Shown one piece after another: positions 26,801 to 35,131 of a stretch of DNA of 41,413 nucleotides. The position numbers and the translations under genes are program-made. The first letter of the stretch is position 1; every line of letters starts with the position of its first letter. The notes beneath the pieces are model-generated. The model saw only the letters and a list, made by a program, of their open reading frames with translations. It was not told where the DNA came from and did not search any database. The DNA is from a virus (lineage: Duplodnaviria > Caudoviricetes): the IMG/VR virus record IMGVR_UViG_3300017909_000863, positions 1-41,413 of that record. One strand, given 5' to 3'.

Positions 26801-27247
26801 TACTACACTTAAATTTCCCGTGACTGTTATGGTTCCTGTAATTGAAACTGGTCCTGCTAATACGCCTGAATCAATCGTTTGATTTTCGGAAATAGTAGAA
26901 CTATGATTAGTAATATAAGTCGCAGCACTCATGCTCGGTGAAGGTGCTTGACTTGCTGGATATGTACAAAAAACTGATTTTGCTCCTGCAGAGAAATTTA
27001 CTTTATTATCGGAATTACTAGAAGAAATAACAGTAGTTCTAGATAAAGTATCTGGTGAAGCATCTGTTACAGTTCCTCTTCCAACTTCGAATTCAGATCC
27101 ACCAGCTATACAGTAATAGGTTTCATTACCATCACCAATACCAGATACAAAAGTTTCAAATCCAGTATCAGCACCATCTAGTGAGATAGTGCCGGTACCA
27201 GTAGTAGTAGTTTCTTCTTTTACCCTATCGTTTACTATTAACGCCAT
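26798..27247 (-). CDS. Fibre-attachment/structural protein
   Basis: MALIVNDRVKEETTTTGTGTISL...FEVGRGT...LSRTTVISSSN...VFCTYPA. Confidence 0.6.
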   Translation of the reverse strand: MALIVNDRVKEETTTTGTGTISLDGADTGFETFVSGIGDGNETYYCIAGGSEFEVGRGTVTDASPDTLSRTTVISSSNSDNKVNFSAGAKSVFCTYPASQAPSPSMSAATYITNHSSTISENQTIDSGVLAGPVSITGTITVTGNLSVV

Positions 27248-27666
27248 TAAGCAATTCTAATTAATCCCGTGCTAGCACCTGGTGCTGGGAATTGTATTTC
27301 GAATGTTCCATTTGAAGATGATTTATCACTTCCAAAATCTAGCACACAAATAGCTGAGTTAGAATTACTAGTGTTATATATTAATGCTCCTCTTGCTGTA
27401 ATTGTAGCACTTGTCCACGTTGCGTTATCACAATCTAGATGAGCTGTTGTTCCGTCTGTTGCAACAGTTACGTTTGTTAGTGTTTCACCACCAGCAGTAT
27501 ATCCTGTTCCACTGACTTCGTTAGTTGTTGAATAAGCAGTTGTTGCTGCTCCTAAAGTTGCTGAACTAGTAAATAAAGCGATCTTTAATGTATCTGAAGT
27601 TAAATCTCTTCCTGCGTCCATTAAATCCTGCTTAAATACAGTACAGAGTGCTTGAGTTATTGCCAT
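27247..27666 (-). CDS. Small beta-rich structural protein
   Basis: LKIALFT...TTAYSTTNEVSGTGYTAGG...ITARGALIYN...VLDFGSDK; strong AGGAGG RBS. Confidence 0.65.
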   Translation of the reverse strand: MAITQALCTVFKQDLMDAGRDLTSDTLKIALFTSSATLGAATTAYSTTNEVSGTGYTAGGETLTNVTVATDGTTAHLDCDNATWTSATITARGALIYNTSNSNSAICVLDFGSDKSSSNGTFEIQFPAPGASTGLIRIA

Positions 27667-27677
27667 GTCTTACCTCC

Positions 27678-28331
27678 TTATTGGCTTCCTGTCAAGGTAT
27701 CCGTGCCAGCAGGGCTAGCAGGGAATTTATAGTCAGTGCGTCTGCGCCTTCTTGATTGATTATTCAATCCAGCTACGATTTCCTGATATCTTTTATTATA
27801 TAACGCATAATCTTCCATATTCTTTGTGAAAATAGAAGCTTCAGATAAACAACCATATAGTAATGCGTCATCAGCGTTTTCTGTTAACCAACTGGTTGTA
27901 TTTGTACTTGAAAGTGGTTCAATTCGTGCAATATATTGCATCTCTACCCTATAATCTGAATTTGGTGTAGGTGCTATTAGTGTTGTAACGTCATCATAAT
28001 TTGAAAAAAATTTAGGCACTCCTGTAAATGTAGCATCTGGCCAAAATTCATATAAATATTCATTAGTTTTCATTTCGAGAAATATTCTATCATTTTGATT
28101 TTGTATTAAAAGGTTTTTTATAATTAACAAATCAGGAGGGTTATTCATAAAGCGATTACCAGTGCTTAATGTGCTGAAAGCGTTAAAAGTAAACGCTTCA
28201 GGATCAATTTCTCTTAATAATCTTTGCTCTGTATTATCGATAAATGTATCTAATTGACTAGTAAAATCAGTGCCACTATTTTGCATCCAAGTTTGAATAT
28301 CTGTTTTTAAAGTTGCGTAAGTTGTTGTCAT
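27678..28331 (-). CDS. Head-tail adaptor-like protein
   Basis: TYATLKTDIQ...FIDNTEQRL...G.PKF...APTP...LLYGCL.EA pattern. Confidence 0.65.
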   Translation of the reverse strand: MTTTYATLKTDIQTWMQNSGTDFTSQLDTFIDNTEQRLLREIDPEAFTFNAFSTLSTGNRFMNNPPDLLIIKNLLIQNQNDRIFLEMKTNEYLYEFWPDATFTGVPKFFSNYDDVTTLIAPTPNSDYRVEMQYIARIEPLSSTNTTSWLTENADDALLYGCLSEASIFTKNMEDYALYNKRYQEIVAGLNNQSRRRRRTDYKFPASPAGTDTLTGSQ

Positions 28332-29116
28332 GTTATGTCTATACTATCTTTTTTTGCAAATTTATGCGATACATTTCCTCTAAAACCATAAACTCCAAAA
28401 TGAGTTAATGGACTAGTTATTTCAGAATATATTTTTCCACCTATTTGTTGCCATCTACGGCAAAAAGTATAATCTTCACTTAGATATCGATTACTTTTAG
28501 GATCAATCATACAATCGAAAAAAGAATAACACCAATCACTAGAATATCGTTTATTATTAATAATCTGATCAGAAGTATATTTTAATTCTGGATAAGCTTC
28601 TCTCATTTTTACAAATACGTCTTTTTTAATTAGCATAAATCCAGTGGCTGCATCTAATACTTCTACGAAACCATTATCCACTTCTATATTTAAAGGATCT
28701 TTAAAATTTAAATTATACCCTAATAACTTCTGCTCCATAGAAGATAGATCGCCTTTCTTAGCGTAATATTCTAAGTTTTGCCATTCGATAGTTTTTCGAG
28801 GATAAACAGCTGTTACTATGTCTTTATCATATTCTAATAATTTAGTAACTAGTTCGGGGTGAAAAGCAATGTCGGAATCTATAAATAATAAATGAGTGCA
28901 GTGTTCACTATCCATAAATTGAGATACCATTGTATTTCTTCCTCTTGTAATTAAACTTTCGTTTCCCATAGTGTTTAAATGTATTCTATATTCTTTTTCT
29001 CTTGCTTCTTGCAATAACTTTACTACACTGTGAAAGTAAGCTTCTTGCATCATTCCACCATAACACGGTGTACAAAGCATTATGTAAGCATCTTTAACTG
29101 ATGACGACTGAGACAT
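28328..29116 (-). CDS. GT-A fold glycosyltransferase-like protein
   Basis: LCTPCYGG, ESLITRGRN, LLFIDSDI (DxD), ATGFMLI, YLSEDYTFCRRW...GG, H.G. Confidence 0.85.
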   Translation of the reverse strand: MSQSSSVKDAYIMLCTPCYGGMMQEAYFHSVVKLLQEAREKEYRIHLNTMGNESLITRGRNTMVSQFMDSEHCTHLLFIDSDIAFHPELVTKLLEYDKDIVTAVYPRKTIEWQNLEYYAKKGDLSSMEQKLLGYNLNFKDPLNIEVDNGFVEVLDAATGFMLIKKDVFVKMREAYPELKYTSDQIINNKRYSSDWCYSFFDCMIDPKSNRYLSEDYTFCRRWQQIGGKIYSEITSPLTHFGVYGFRGNVSHKFAKKDSIDIT

Positions 29117-29468
29117 TTCCTAACTCCAATCCTATTTGGTTTCCGGTAGCTACACCTACTTCTTGCCCTGTGTCTCCAAAGGTACCCGGATATATTACTG
29201 ATAATTGATTAGGCACACCTCCTGTAGCTGAAAGAGGAGCCTGAGGCCTGGCGTTTTTTAACGCTTCTGGATCATTAAAAACTATTGGATCTAATTGAGG
29301 TTGTTTAGATTCGTATTCGCTAGTGTGAACTAGTAATCCATTCCATTCACGAACCATTTCTAAATAAGGATATTCTATACCTGAACGATCTGAAATTGCT
29401 CTAGCATGTTTTCCTTTAGCAAAAGGAAAAGATGGTGCTTTACTAGGTCCACGCTTGTTAAAAGCCAC
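29094..29468 (-). CDS. Conserved phage neck-region hypothetical protein
   Basis: GKHARAISDRSG..YPY.EM..EWNG...QPQL...DPEALKNARP. Confidence 0.7.
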   Translation of the reverse strand: MAFNKRGPSKAPSFPFAKGKHARAISDRSGIEYPYLEMVREWNGLLVHTSEYESKQPQLDPIVFNDPEALKNARPQAPLSATGGVPNQLSVIYPGTFGDTGQEVGVATGNQIGLELGNVSVVIS

Positions 29469-30141
29469 TTCGATAACCTGGTACTATTCTAAATGTTTCA
29501 TTTAAATCTGCGTCCAATGCTCTTGTAAATGCAGTTTCGTATTCCGATTTATAATACGATAATCTATTTAAATCTACATTAGGTCTTTTCATTCCCATAT
29601 AATAAGCTAAACCGGCAACCATACATTCATAAAATCGAAAAGGAATATCAAGATCTTGCTCACTTCCGTTTACACTACACCCTGTAATATCTTGTATTTT
29701 TCTTATTTTCCAATAAGTAATAACATCTGTACTATTATCAGGAGCTGGATAGACATATAATTCTGGTACTCTGTCTTTTTGTAAGTAAAATTGAGTTGGT
29801 CTCCCTGTCGTTAATTTATTAGGATAAGCGTTATAGTCAGTTAAACTAATACGCTCTACACTATAATCGGTGTTATTTCTCGTTACATACATATCTACGA
29901 CATCAACAGTGTCGGCGTCTAAATTGTAAGTAGGAGTATTTTGTGTTACTGTTAATGTTTTCTTTTCAAGTGTCCACTGATTAACACCACGGTTTGCCCA
30001 ATCAGCAAACATAATATTAAGACTACGTTTCGCTGAACGTAAATCGTAACCTAAAACGGGATCACCTCCGATACGATCCATTGCTTCTTGAATCGCATCA
30101 GTAACCGTTAAGTTAAAAGTTGCTGTTCCTGATGTAGCCAT
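29458..30141 (-). CDS. Head-to-tail adaptor/head completion protein
   Basis: MATSGT.TFNL, SAKRSLN...WANRG.N.W, GRPTQ, YPAPD, MVAGLAYY. Confidence 0.7.
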   Translation of the reverse strand: MATSGTATFNLTVTDAIQEAMDRIGGDPVLGYDLRSAKRSLNIMFADWANRGVNQWTLEKKTLTVTQNTPTYNLDADTVDVVDMYVTRNNTDYSVERISLTDYNAYPNKLTTGRPTQFYLQKDRVPELYVYPAPDNSTDVITYWKIRKIQDITGCSVNGSEQDLDIPFRFYECMVAGLAYYMGMKRPNVDLNRLSYYKSEYETAFTRALDADLNETFRIVPGYRSGF

Positions 30142-30428
30142 TACGCCATAAATACTGTTATCGCTGATACACCTGCAGTTAAGTTTACGGTAGCGTTAGT
30201 TGAACATTTAATACCTTCAGATGGTAAAGAAATCTGAACTGGACCAGATGCTGCAGATGCTGCCGTGCTTAATGCGAATAGTGTAGCACTACCATCTTTA
30301 AAAGTAACGGAGCCTGCTGTGCCTGTAGGAGTTACAATAAATCCTTTTATTCTTATTGGGCCAGCATGTAAAGTAACGTCACTTCCTGTTGTTGTAGTGC
30401 TTTTAGCGAAAATATCTGAATTAGACAT
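30141..30428 (-). CDS. Small beta-rich virion-associated protein
   Basis: AAGGAGG RBS favours ATG 30428; lies between capsid and adaptor genes. Confidence 0.6.
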   Translation of the reverse strand: MSNSDIFAKSTTTTGSDVTLHAGPIRIKGFIVTPTGTAGSVTFKDGSATLFALSTAASAASGPVQISLPSEGIKCSTNATVNLTAGVSAITVFMA

Positions 30429-30861
30429 TGACACCTCCTTTTAAAAGTTTTTGTAAATTAGCAATAGTTGTAGATATATCTTTTAATTTTGAACTTTGAA
30501 ATAAATCTTGAGAAGCAAATAAAGGACTACTAGGCTGTTTCATTTGAGATAAAGGACCAAAAGCGCCCATAGATTGAGGAGTTCCTACTAAATTTTGACC
30601 TTTATAAATTTTTGAAGTAGAAGAAGGATTAGTTCCTGCTATTTTTTGATAATTTTTAATTGAATCTTGAATTTGTTCTAAAACTTTAGAATTTTCTTCT
30701 TCCGTCTTAATTTGTTCCTCTTCTTGTTCTATATCTTTAATAGTTTCTTTTTCTTCTATATTAGATTCTTTTTCTTCTATATCAATATCTTTTAAAAAAT
30801 CCATTAAAACGTCAACGGCTTTTTCTTTTTGTTTATCAAAATATTCCGTAAGTTTACTCAT
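30421..30861 (-). CDS. Hypothetical protein with acidic coiled-coil N-terminal half
   Basis: Co-oriented ORF filling the gap; ATG 30861 chosen as start. Confidence 0.6.
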   Translation of the reverse strand: MSKLTEYFDKQKEKAVDVLMDFLKDIDIEEKESNIEEKETIKDIEQEEEQIKTEEENSKVLEQIQDSIKNYQKIAGTNPSSTSKIYKGQNLVGTPQSMGAFGPLSQMKQPSSPLFASQDLFQSSKLKDISTTIANLQKLLKGGVNV

Positions 30862-30875
30862 TATCGCAACTATAT

Positions 30876-30905
30876 ACAATAAATAGGGCCTTTAACAGGC
30901 CCTAT
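30876..30905 (-). terminator. Rho-independent terminator
   Basis: ATAGGGCCT-5 nt-AGGCCCTAT stem (30883-30905) followed on the minus strand by TTATT, just after the stop at 30911. Confidence 0.7.
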
Positions 30906-30910
30906 ATTGA

Positions 30911-31366
30911 TTAAGATAAGTTATTATTTTGAATGTATAATACAGTTACAGTAGCTGCACCAGTAGTACCATCGTCACTACCGCCAGCGAAATCTGCTAA
31001 AACCTGTATATCTGTAGTTCCTACATCAGTAGCTTCAGTGTCTAAAGTTCCATGAGTAGTTCCTAATGCTTTTACGTTCACTGCACTAAGAAATGCGTTT
31101 GGATCAGCTGAAGTTCCTACGTTAACAACAGCAGTACCGCTATCATTGCTAACTGTAGTAACGTTTAAAATTACATCTACGATTTGAGAGTTAGCAGGAA
31201 TAGTTGCGCATACTTGATCGTTTGCGTCTGCTCCTATAATATCGATTACTTTAGATTGTGCCATTACGACAGAACCTACGTTTTTAACGTCAGTTCCTAC
31301 AGTTGAACCTGTAGTGTCTTTAATTGTTCCGGCTTTTATTGGGCCAGAAAAAGTTGTTGTACCCAT
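30911..31366 (-). CDS. Capsid decoration/minor head protein (putative)
   Basis: MGTTTFSGPIKAG...IPANSQI...GAATVTVLYIQ; directly after MCP, strong RBS. Confidence 0.6.
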   Translation of the reverse strand: MGTTTFSGPIKAGTIKDTTGSTVGTDVKNVGSVVMAQSKVIDIIGADANDQVCATIPANSQIVDVILNVTTVSNDSGTAVVNVGTSADPNAFLSAVNVKALGTTHGTLDTEATDVGTTDIQVLADFAGGSDDGTTGAATVTVLYIQNNNLS

Positions 31367-31402
31367 TAGTCTACCTCCTTAGTAGTCATTTATGTCTTTG
31401 GG

Positions 31403-31427
31403 AAGTGAGGGCATATCGCCCTCACTT
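31403..31427 (-). terminator. Stem-loop downstream of MCP (weak terminator or mRNA stabiliser)
   Basis: Perfect 10-bp stem AAGTGAGGGC/GCCCTCACTT with a 5-nt loop; no real U tract on the minus strand. Confidence 0.55.
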
Positions 31428-31437
31428 TAATTAATTA

Positions 31438-32346
31438 TTAGGCTGCGCCTGGAGTACCGAAGACACCTCTCCAATCGGTAAAACCGAAAGAGTATCTTTC
31501 TGATACTTTGTAGCGTAAGTTTCCTGTTTCGAAATCACCTTCAACAGCTTTCTTTAAGTTACGTCTTACGAAATGCTTCATACCATCTGGCACGTCTGTC
31601 ATTAAGAAGAACGCATCTGGATCAGTTAAACGCTGGTTAACTGCTACGCCACCTGGGATCATACCCATAGATTTCATAGCGTTAATATCGTTATCTGCTG
31701 TTCCTGGTCTTAAATTACTGTTAATGATTCTTTCAGCAATAAACATTAACTCTGGTGGAACGATCAATTTCTGACCTGTAGCTGCAACCGGAATACCTCT
31801 GTCATCTGTCATTTCAGAAATCTGAATTAACATTGTTTCTAGAGATGTTTCTGATAAGTCAGCTGCAGTTGCTAGAACGTTTGAAGCTGTTCCGCCACCG
31901 CCGAGTGGGTGAGCACTATTAAGCATACTTACTCCGTCACCACCGACTACTGTGTTAAAGCCATTGTTTAAGATGTTAGCACCTTTGATTTCTTTTGTGT
32001 GCTGCATTGATCTTGCTAAAGCTCTAGCGTATTTTGCACCAAGTGAACCGTAAAGACCATCTTCTTCAGCTTCCTCAGTGATTGAGAATGCTAATGCGAT
32101 TGTCTCGTGTGTATATCTTGCTACAATACCTTCTCTTCCTGATTCGTAAGAGATGGCTGCGCCTTCTGCTTTAGTAGGAGCTGCACCGAAACCAATCATC
32201 TGTACATCTTCTTCAAAAGCCTTTTGTGATTGCTCAACAGAGAATATTTCTCTCCACTGCTCTGGGTAACGGTCATATTCCATACCAAAAATAGTGTTGA
32301 GGCCTAAGTTAAGTTGTTTTGTAAATAAAGATCTATTTAATGCCAT
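31438..32346 (-). CDS. Major capsid protein (HK97 fold, Mu gpT-like)
   Basis: 302 aa; KAFEE, KAEG, YTHETIALAFSITEEA.ED, GGDG..L....HP, KLIVPPEL, ERYSFGFTDWRG; double stop and downstream hairpin. Confidence 0.9.
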   Translation of the reverse strand: MALNRSLFTKQLNLGLNTIFGMEYDRYPEQWREIFSVEQSQKAFEEDVQMIGFGAAPTKAEGAAISYESGREGIVARYTHETIALAFSITEEAEEDGLYGSLGAKYARALARSMQHTKEIKGANILNNGFNTVVGGDGVSMLNSAHPLGGGGTASNVLATAADLSETSLETMLIQISEMTDDRGIPVAATGQKLIVPPELMFIAERIINSNLRPGTADNDINAMKSMGMIPGGVAVNQRLTDPDAFFLMTDVPDGMKHFVRRNLKKAVEGDFETGNLRYKVSERYSFGFTDWRGVFGTPGAA

Positions 32347-32356
32347 AACTTACTCC

Positions 32357-32926
32357 TTAGATTCCTGCGCCTTGAGTCGATAACCTATGCTGGTTGATAA
32401 CTACTTCAACTTTAGCATCTGCACCGAAATCATTATTAGGCTCATCTACTTTTCTTAAAACTCTAAGAACACGAGAAGCGTTTGATAGAGTGTCGTTATC
32501 CAACTCATGTTGTGAATAACCGTAAGTAGAATTACCTGCTGTTAATAGAACGTTTGCTGTCTCACCAATGTTAGCTTGAGCGATAGAACCGTTACCAGCT
32601 TGTACTTCATAAGTAATCATTGGATCGTCATAAACATAAGCTTTCACTTGTGTGTTAGCTTTTACTGTTGTGCCGGAAGCCCATTTTTTTAAGAACTTCA
32701 CGTCACCTGTAGTTTCATCGACATATTCAACGCCATAAAATACTCCAATTGCTTTTTCATCATTAGCAAAAGTGTCTAAATATCCATCTGATCCGAGATC
32801 TACGATATCGCCAGAAAAGAAATTAGTAGCTTTTCCATTTGCAATTAGGTATTCATTGGCTCTGATCACGCCGCCGGTTAAGTGTCTTTTAGGCACAAAA
32901 CCTTGTGGTTGATTTGCGTTAGCCAT
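32357..32926 (-). CDS. Head-associated protein (putative capsid cement)
   Basis: MAN...P.GF.P...GD.V...GVF.G..Y...VYDDP pattern; immediately upstream of MCP, strong RBS. Confidence 0.6.
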   Translation of the reverse strand: MANANQPQGFVPKRHLTGGVIRANEYLIANGKATNFFSGDIVDLGSDGYLDTFANDEKAIGVFYGVEYVDETTGDVKFLKKWASGTTVKANTQVKAYVYDDPMITYEVQAGNGSIAQANIGETANVLLTAGNSTYGYSQHELDNDTLSNASRVLRVLRKVDEPNNDFGADAKVEVVINQHRLSTQGAGI

Positions 32927-32958
32927 TTTATATTTACCTCCTTAAAATTGCCATTGCC

Positions 32959-33390
32959 TTACTCACCACCTACTGTCGTTTTAGATCTATGGTCTCGTTG
33001 GATAGGATTACCTGGTTGTTCTGATCTATGTAAGTCATGCTCGACTGCGAGTTCTTGATTTCGTGTTTTATTTGCATAATATTCGTTACGCTCCGAAACC
33101 ATTTCCTCTGGCATTTCACAGAGAACCATTCCTTCAACGCCAATGTAACCGGCGAACTTTCCATGTTCAATAGTAGCAACAGGGAAATCTTTAGACACAG
33201 TCTTCGGATCTCTTGGTTGCCAACCTTCTCTCATTCGTTTCGCCCAATTAGTTGGGTTATCTTGACCTAAAATGCTAGTCGCTACCCAACGTTGCTTATA
33301 TCCTGGCCTCGCTGAGGGCGCCTCTAACAATGATGGCGGTCTCCAAGCTTTTTTACGAGAAAGCTCATCTCGTGTTTCTTTAGTTGTCAT
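32959..33390 (-). CDS. Conserved head-module hypothetical protein
   Basis: WRPPSLLEAP..RPGYKQRW...MREGW...GMVLCEMP...RNEYY. Confidence 0.7.
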   Translation of the reverse strand: MTTKETRDELSRKKAWRPPSLLEAPSARPGYKQRWVATSILGQDNPTNWAKRMREGWQPRDPKTVSKDFPVATIEHGKFAGYIGVEGMVLCEMPEEMVSERNEYYANKTRNQELAVEHDLHRSEQPGNPIQRDHRSKTTVGGE

Positions 33391-33405
33391 TATCAGGCTC
33401 CTTTT

Positions 33406-34347
33406 CTATTTGTCCTGTATTGAAAGACTAGCAAGTTCCCTTGCGTATCTTTTCAGTGCCGCTGGATCGCTAATATCTATTCCAAATTTTCTAGCATTTG
33501 CTAAATCATCAGCAGATAGCTTAACGCTCTTAGCAGAACCCGATGTTGATCGAGAAACACCTGCAACTGGCGATTGCACTCTCTTCTGTTCTGAAGATAC
33601 AACCTTTTTATCATCTTGTGAAGTGTTTTTATCTGCGGTTTCTTGCGGATTCATTAAGTTAGGAAAATACTTAGATAGTCTTTTATCTAACTCTTCATAG
33701 TAATCTGGATCATTGAGATCATATCCTTCATTAGTTAATTGAGTATCAATACCAATAGCTAAAGAAGTAGCATCCATGTGATCAGATTTATTCCACCAAC
33801 TAGAGTTTTTAGCAATCCATTCTTTTGCTAACTCTGGTACTTCTTGTGGTTTTTGAACATCTGGTTTTGCTGTTTGTTGTGGCTCTATTGTTTTCGTTTG
33901 TCTTAAATCAGACATACGTTCCATTAGTTCTACTTGTTTATCAGTTTCACCAGATTCGATAGCTTCTCTTAATTGTTGCGCTACCGTTTTATATTGAACT
34001 TCTTTTTCTTCTTGTTCTTTTTCCTGCATAGAAGCTTCAATACGAGCTAAACGTTCTTCAAGCATTTTTGCTTTTTCTGATGCCGCTCTAGTCTTAGCAA
34101 CTTCTTTAGCGATACGTTTTTTTACTCTTTCCGAATAAGGCTCTTTTTTAATTTCTTCTAATTCAGATTTAAGATTAGAAAGTTCAGATTCTAATGCAGG
34201 CTTTTCTGATTCTGCATTCTCAGAAGAATCTCCTTCATTATCCAACTGTTGCGCATTGACTGCTTCTTCAATTGGATTTTGATTCGTTTGTTCTTCTTTT
34301 TCTTCGTCAAGAGTTACCTCAACTTCTTTTAGTTCTTCGTCTATCAT
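33406..34347 (-). CDS. Scaffolding protein (putative)
   Basis: Acidic coiled coil, YSERVKKRI, W...N.WW, YYEELDKRL, helix-turn-helix-like C-terminus; between portal and MCP. Confidence 0.7.
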   Translation of the reverse strand: MIDEELKEVEVTLDEEKEEQTNQNPIEEAVNAQQLDNEGDSSENAESEKPALESELSNLKSELEEIKKEPYSERVKKRIAKEVAKTRAASEKAKMLEERLARIEASMQEKEQEEKEVQYKTVAQQLREAIESGETDKQVELMERMSDLRQTKTIEPQQTAKPDVQKPQEVPELAKEWIAKNSSWWNKSDHMDATSLAIGIDTQLTNEGYDLNDPDYYEELDKRLSKYFPNLMNPQETADKNTSQDDKKVVSSEQKRVQSPVAGVSRSTSGSAKSVKLSADDLANARKFGIDISDPAALKRYARELASLSIQDK

Positions 34348-34388
34348 GGTTTAACCTCCCATGTATTGCGTGGGTGTGAGCCACGTGT

Positions 34389-34766
34389 TTATACTTTAGT
34401 TGTTAAGATATCAGGGTTTGGTAAAACTGCTAATATCTCATCATCATTTAGCAAGAGCATCTTAACGCCACCTACGTCAATCTTACTTCCTGCGTATCTA
34501 CCATATACTACATAATCACCAATTGTACACCATGGTTTTTGGCTTTTATCGTAACATTCATTTCCCATAGCAACTACTCTTCCTTTGCTATTAAGATAAG
34601 CTTGATCTTCTACAGCTTTATCAGTTAAGATAATTCCACCTTTCGTTTTTTTAATTGGTGCGATTGGTCGAATAAGTATTCGATATCCACATGGGATTGG
34701 TAGTTCTTTTGGATCAGCGACATCACTATCGGTGTGCCAATCATTATTCATGACAATATTACTCAT
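34389..34766 (-). CDS. groES: Co-chaperonin GroES (Cpn10)
   Basis: PCGYRILIRP, KTKGGIILT mobile loop, GRVVAMG, GDYVVYGRYAGSKI, LLNDDEILAV. Confidence 0.92.
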   Translation of the reverse strand: MSNIVMNNDWHTDSDVADPKELPIPCGYRILIRPIAPIKKTKGGIILTDKAVEDQAYLNSKGRVVAMGNECYDKSQKPWCTIGDYVVYGRYAGSKIDVGGVKMLLLNDDEILAVLPNPDILTTKV

Positions 34767-34962
34767 CTTCGAGTATATCTCCTTTCATGTATCGTTCAGA
34801 AATATCTTTAATAATATCTCTGGCTCTATCTAAACCATAAACAGTTCCGATAGTTTTGATATATTGTTCGTGAGTATCAAAACCTGGATTAACAGTTCGT
34901 TCAGATAAATCTCTTCTAAGTTTTTTTATTTCCTCTAATATTGCTTCCGTTAGTTTGAGCAT
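34759..34962 (-). CDS. Small hypothetical protein
   Basis: Overlaps GroES start; Y....G...GL..A helical-hairpin pattern. Confidence 0.65.
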   Translation of the reverse strand: MLKLTEAILEEIKKLRRDLSERTVNPGFDTHEQYIKTIGTVYGLDRARDIIKDISERYMKGDILEDE

Positions 34963-35131
34963 TAGATATCCTTTCTCTTAAAGCAGTAAGTGTTTCATTA
35001 AAATTTTTTTGAAGTTCTTTTGAAGCTTGAGCAAATAGATTAGGTTTAATAATTTGAACTTGAATGTTCTTATTTAAAAGAAATTTTTTAGCTTGACGAA
35101 TTTCTTCACCGGTCGGTCGATTACTTTTCAT
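34916..35131 (-). CDS. Small hypothetical protein
   Basis: Overlaps the portal stop; co-oriented. Confidence 0.55.
   Translation of the reverse strand: MKSNRPTGEEIRQAKKFLLNKNIQVQIIKPNLFAQASKELQKNFNETLTALRERISNAQTNGSNIRGNKKT

Noticed and set aside
185-33700. Short plus-strand ORFs (185..403, 1149..1373, 10527..10841, 11304..11579, 12671..12859, 13173..13412, 13757..13996, 25153..25584, 25697..25918, 33037..33270, 33272..33700)
   Set aside because: Antisense shadows of well-supported minus-strand genes, with no motifs and composition that mirrors the opposite strand.
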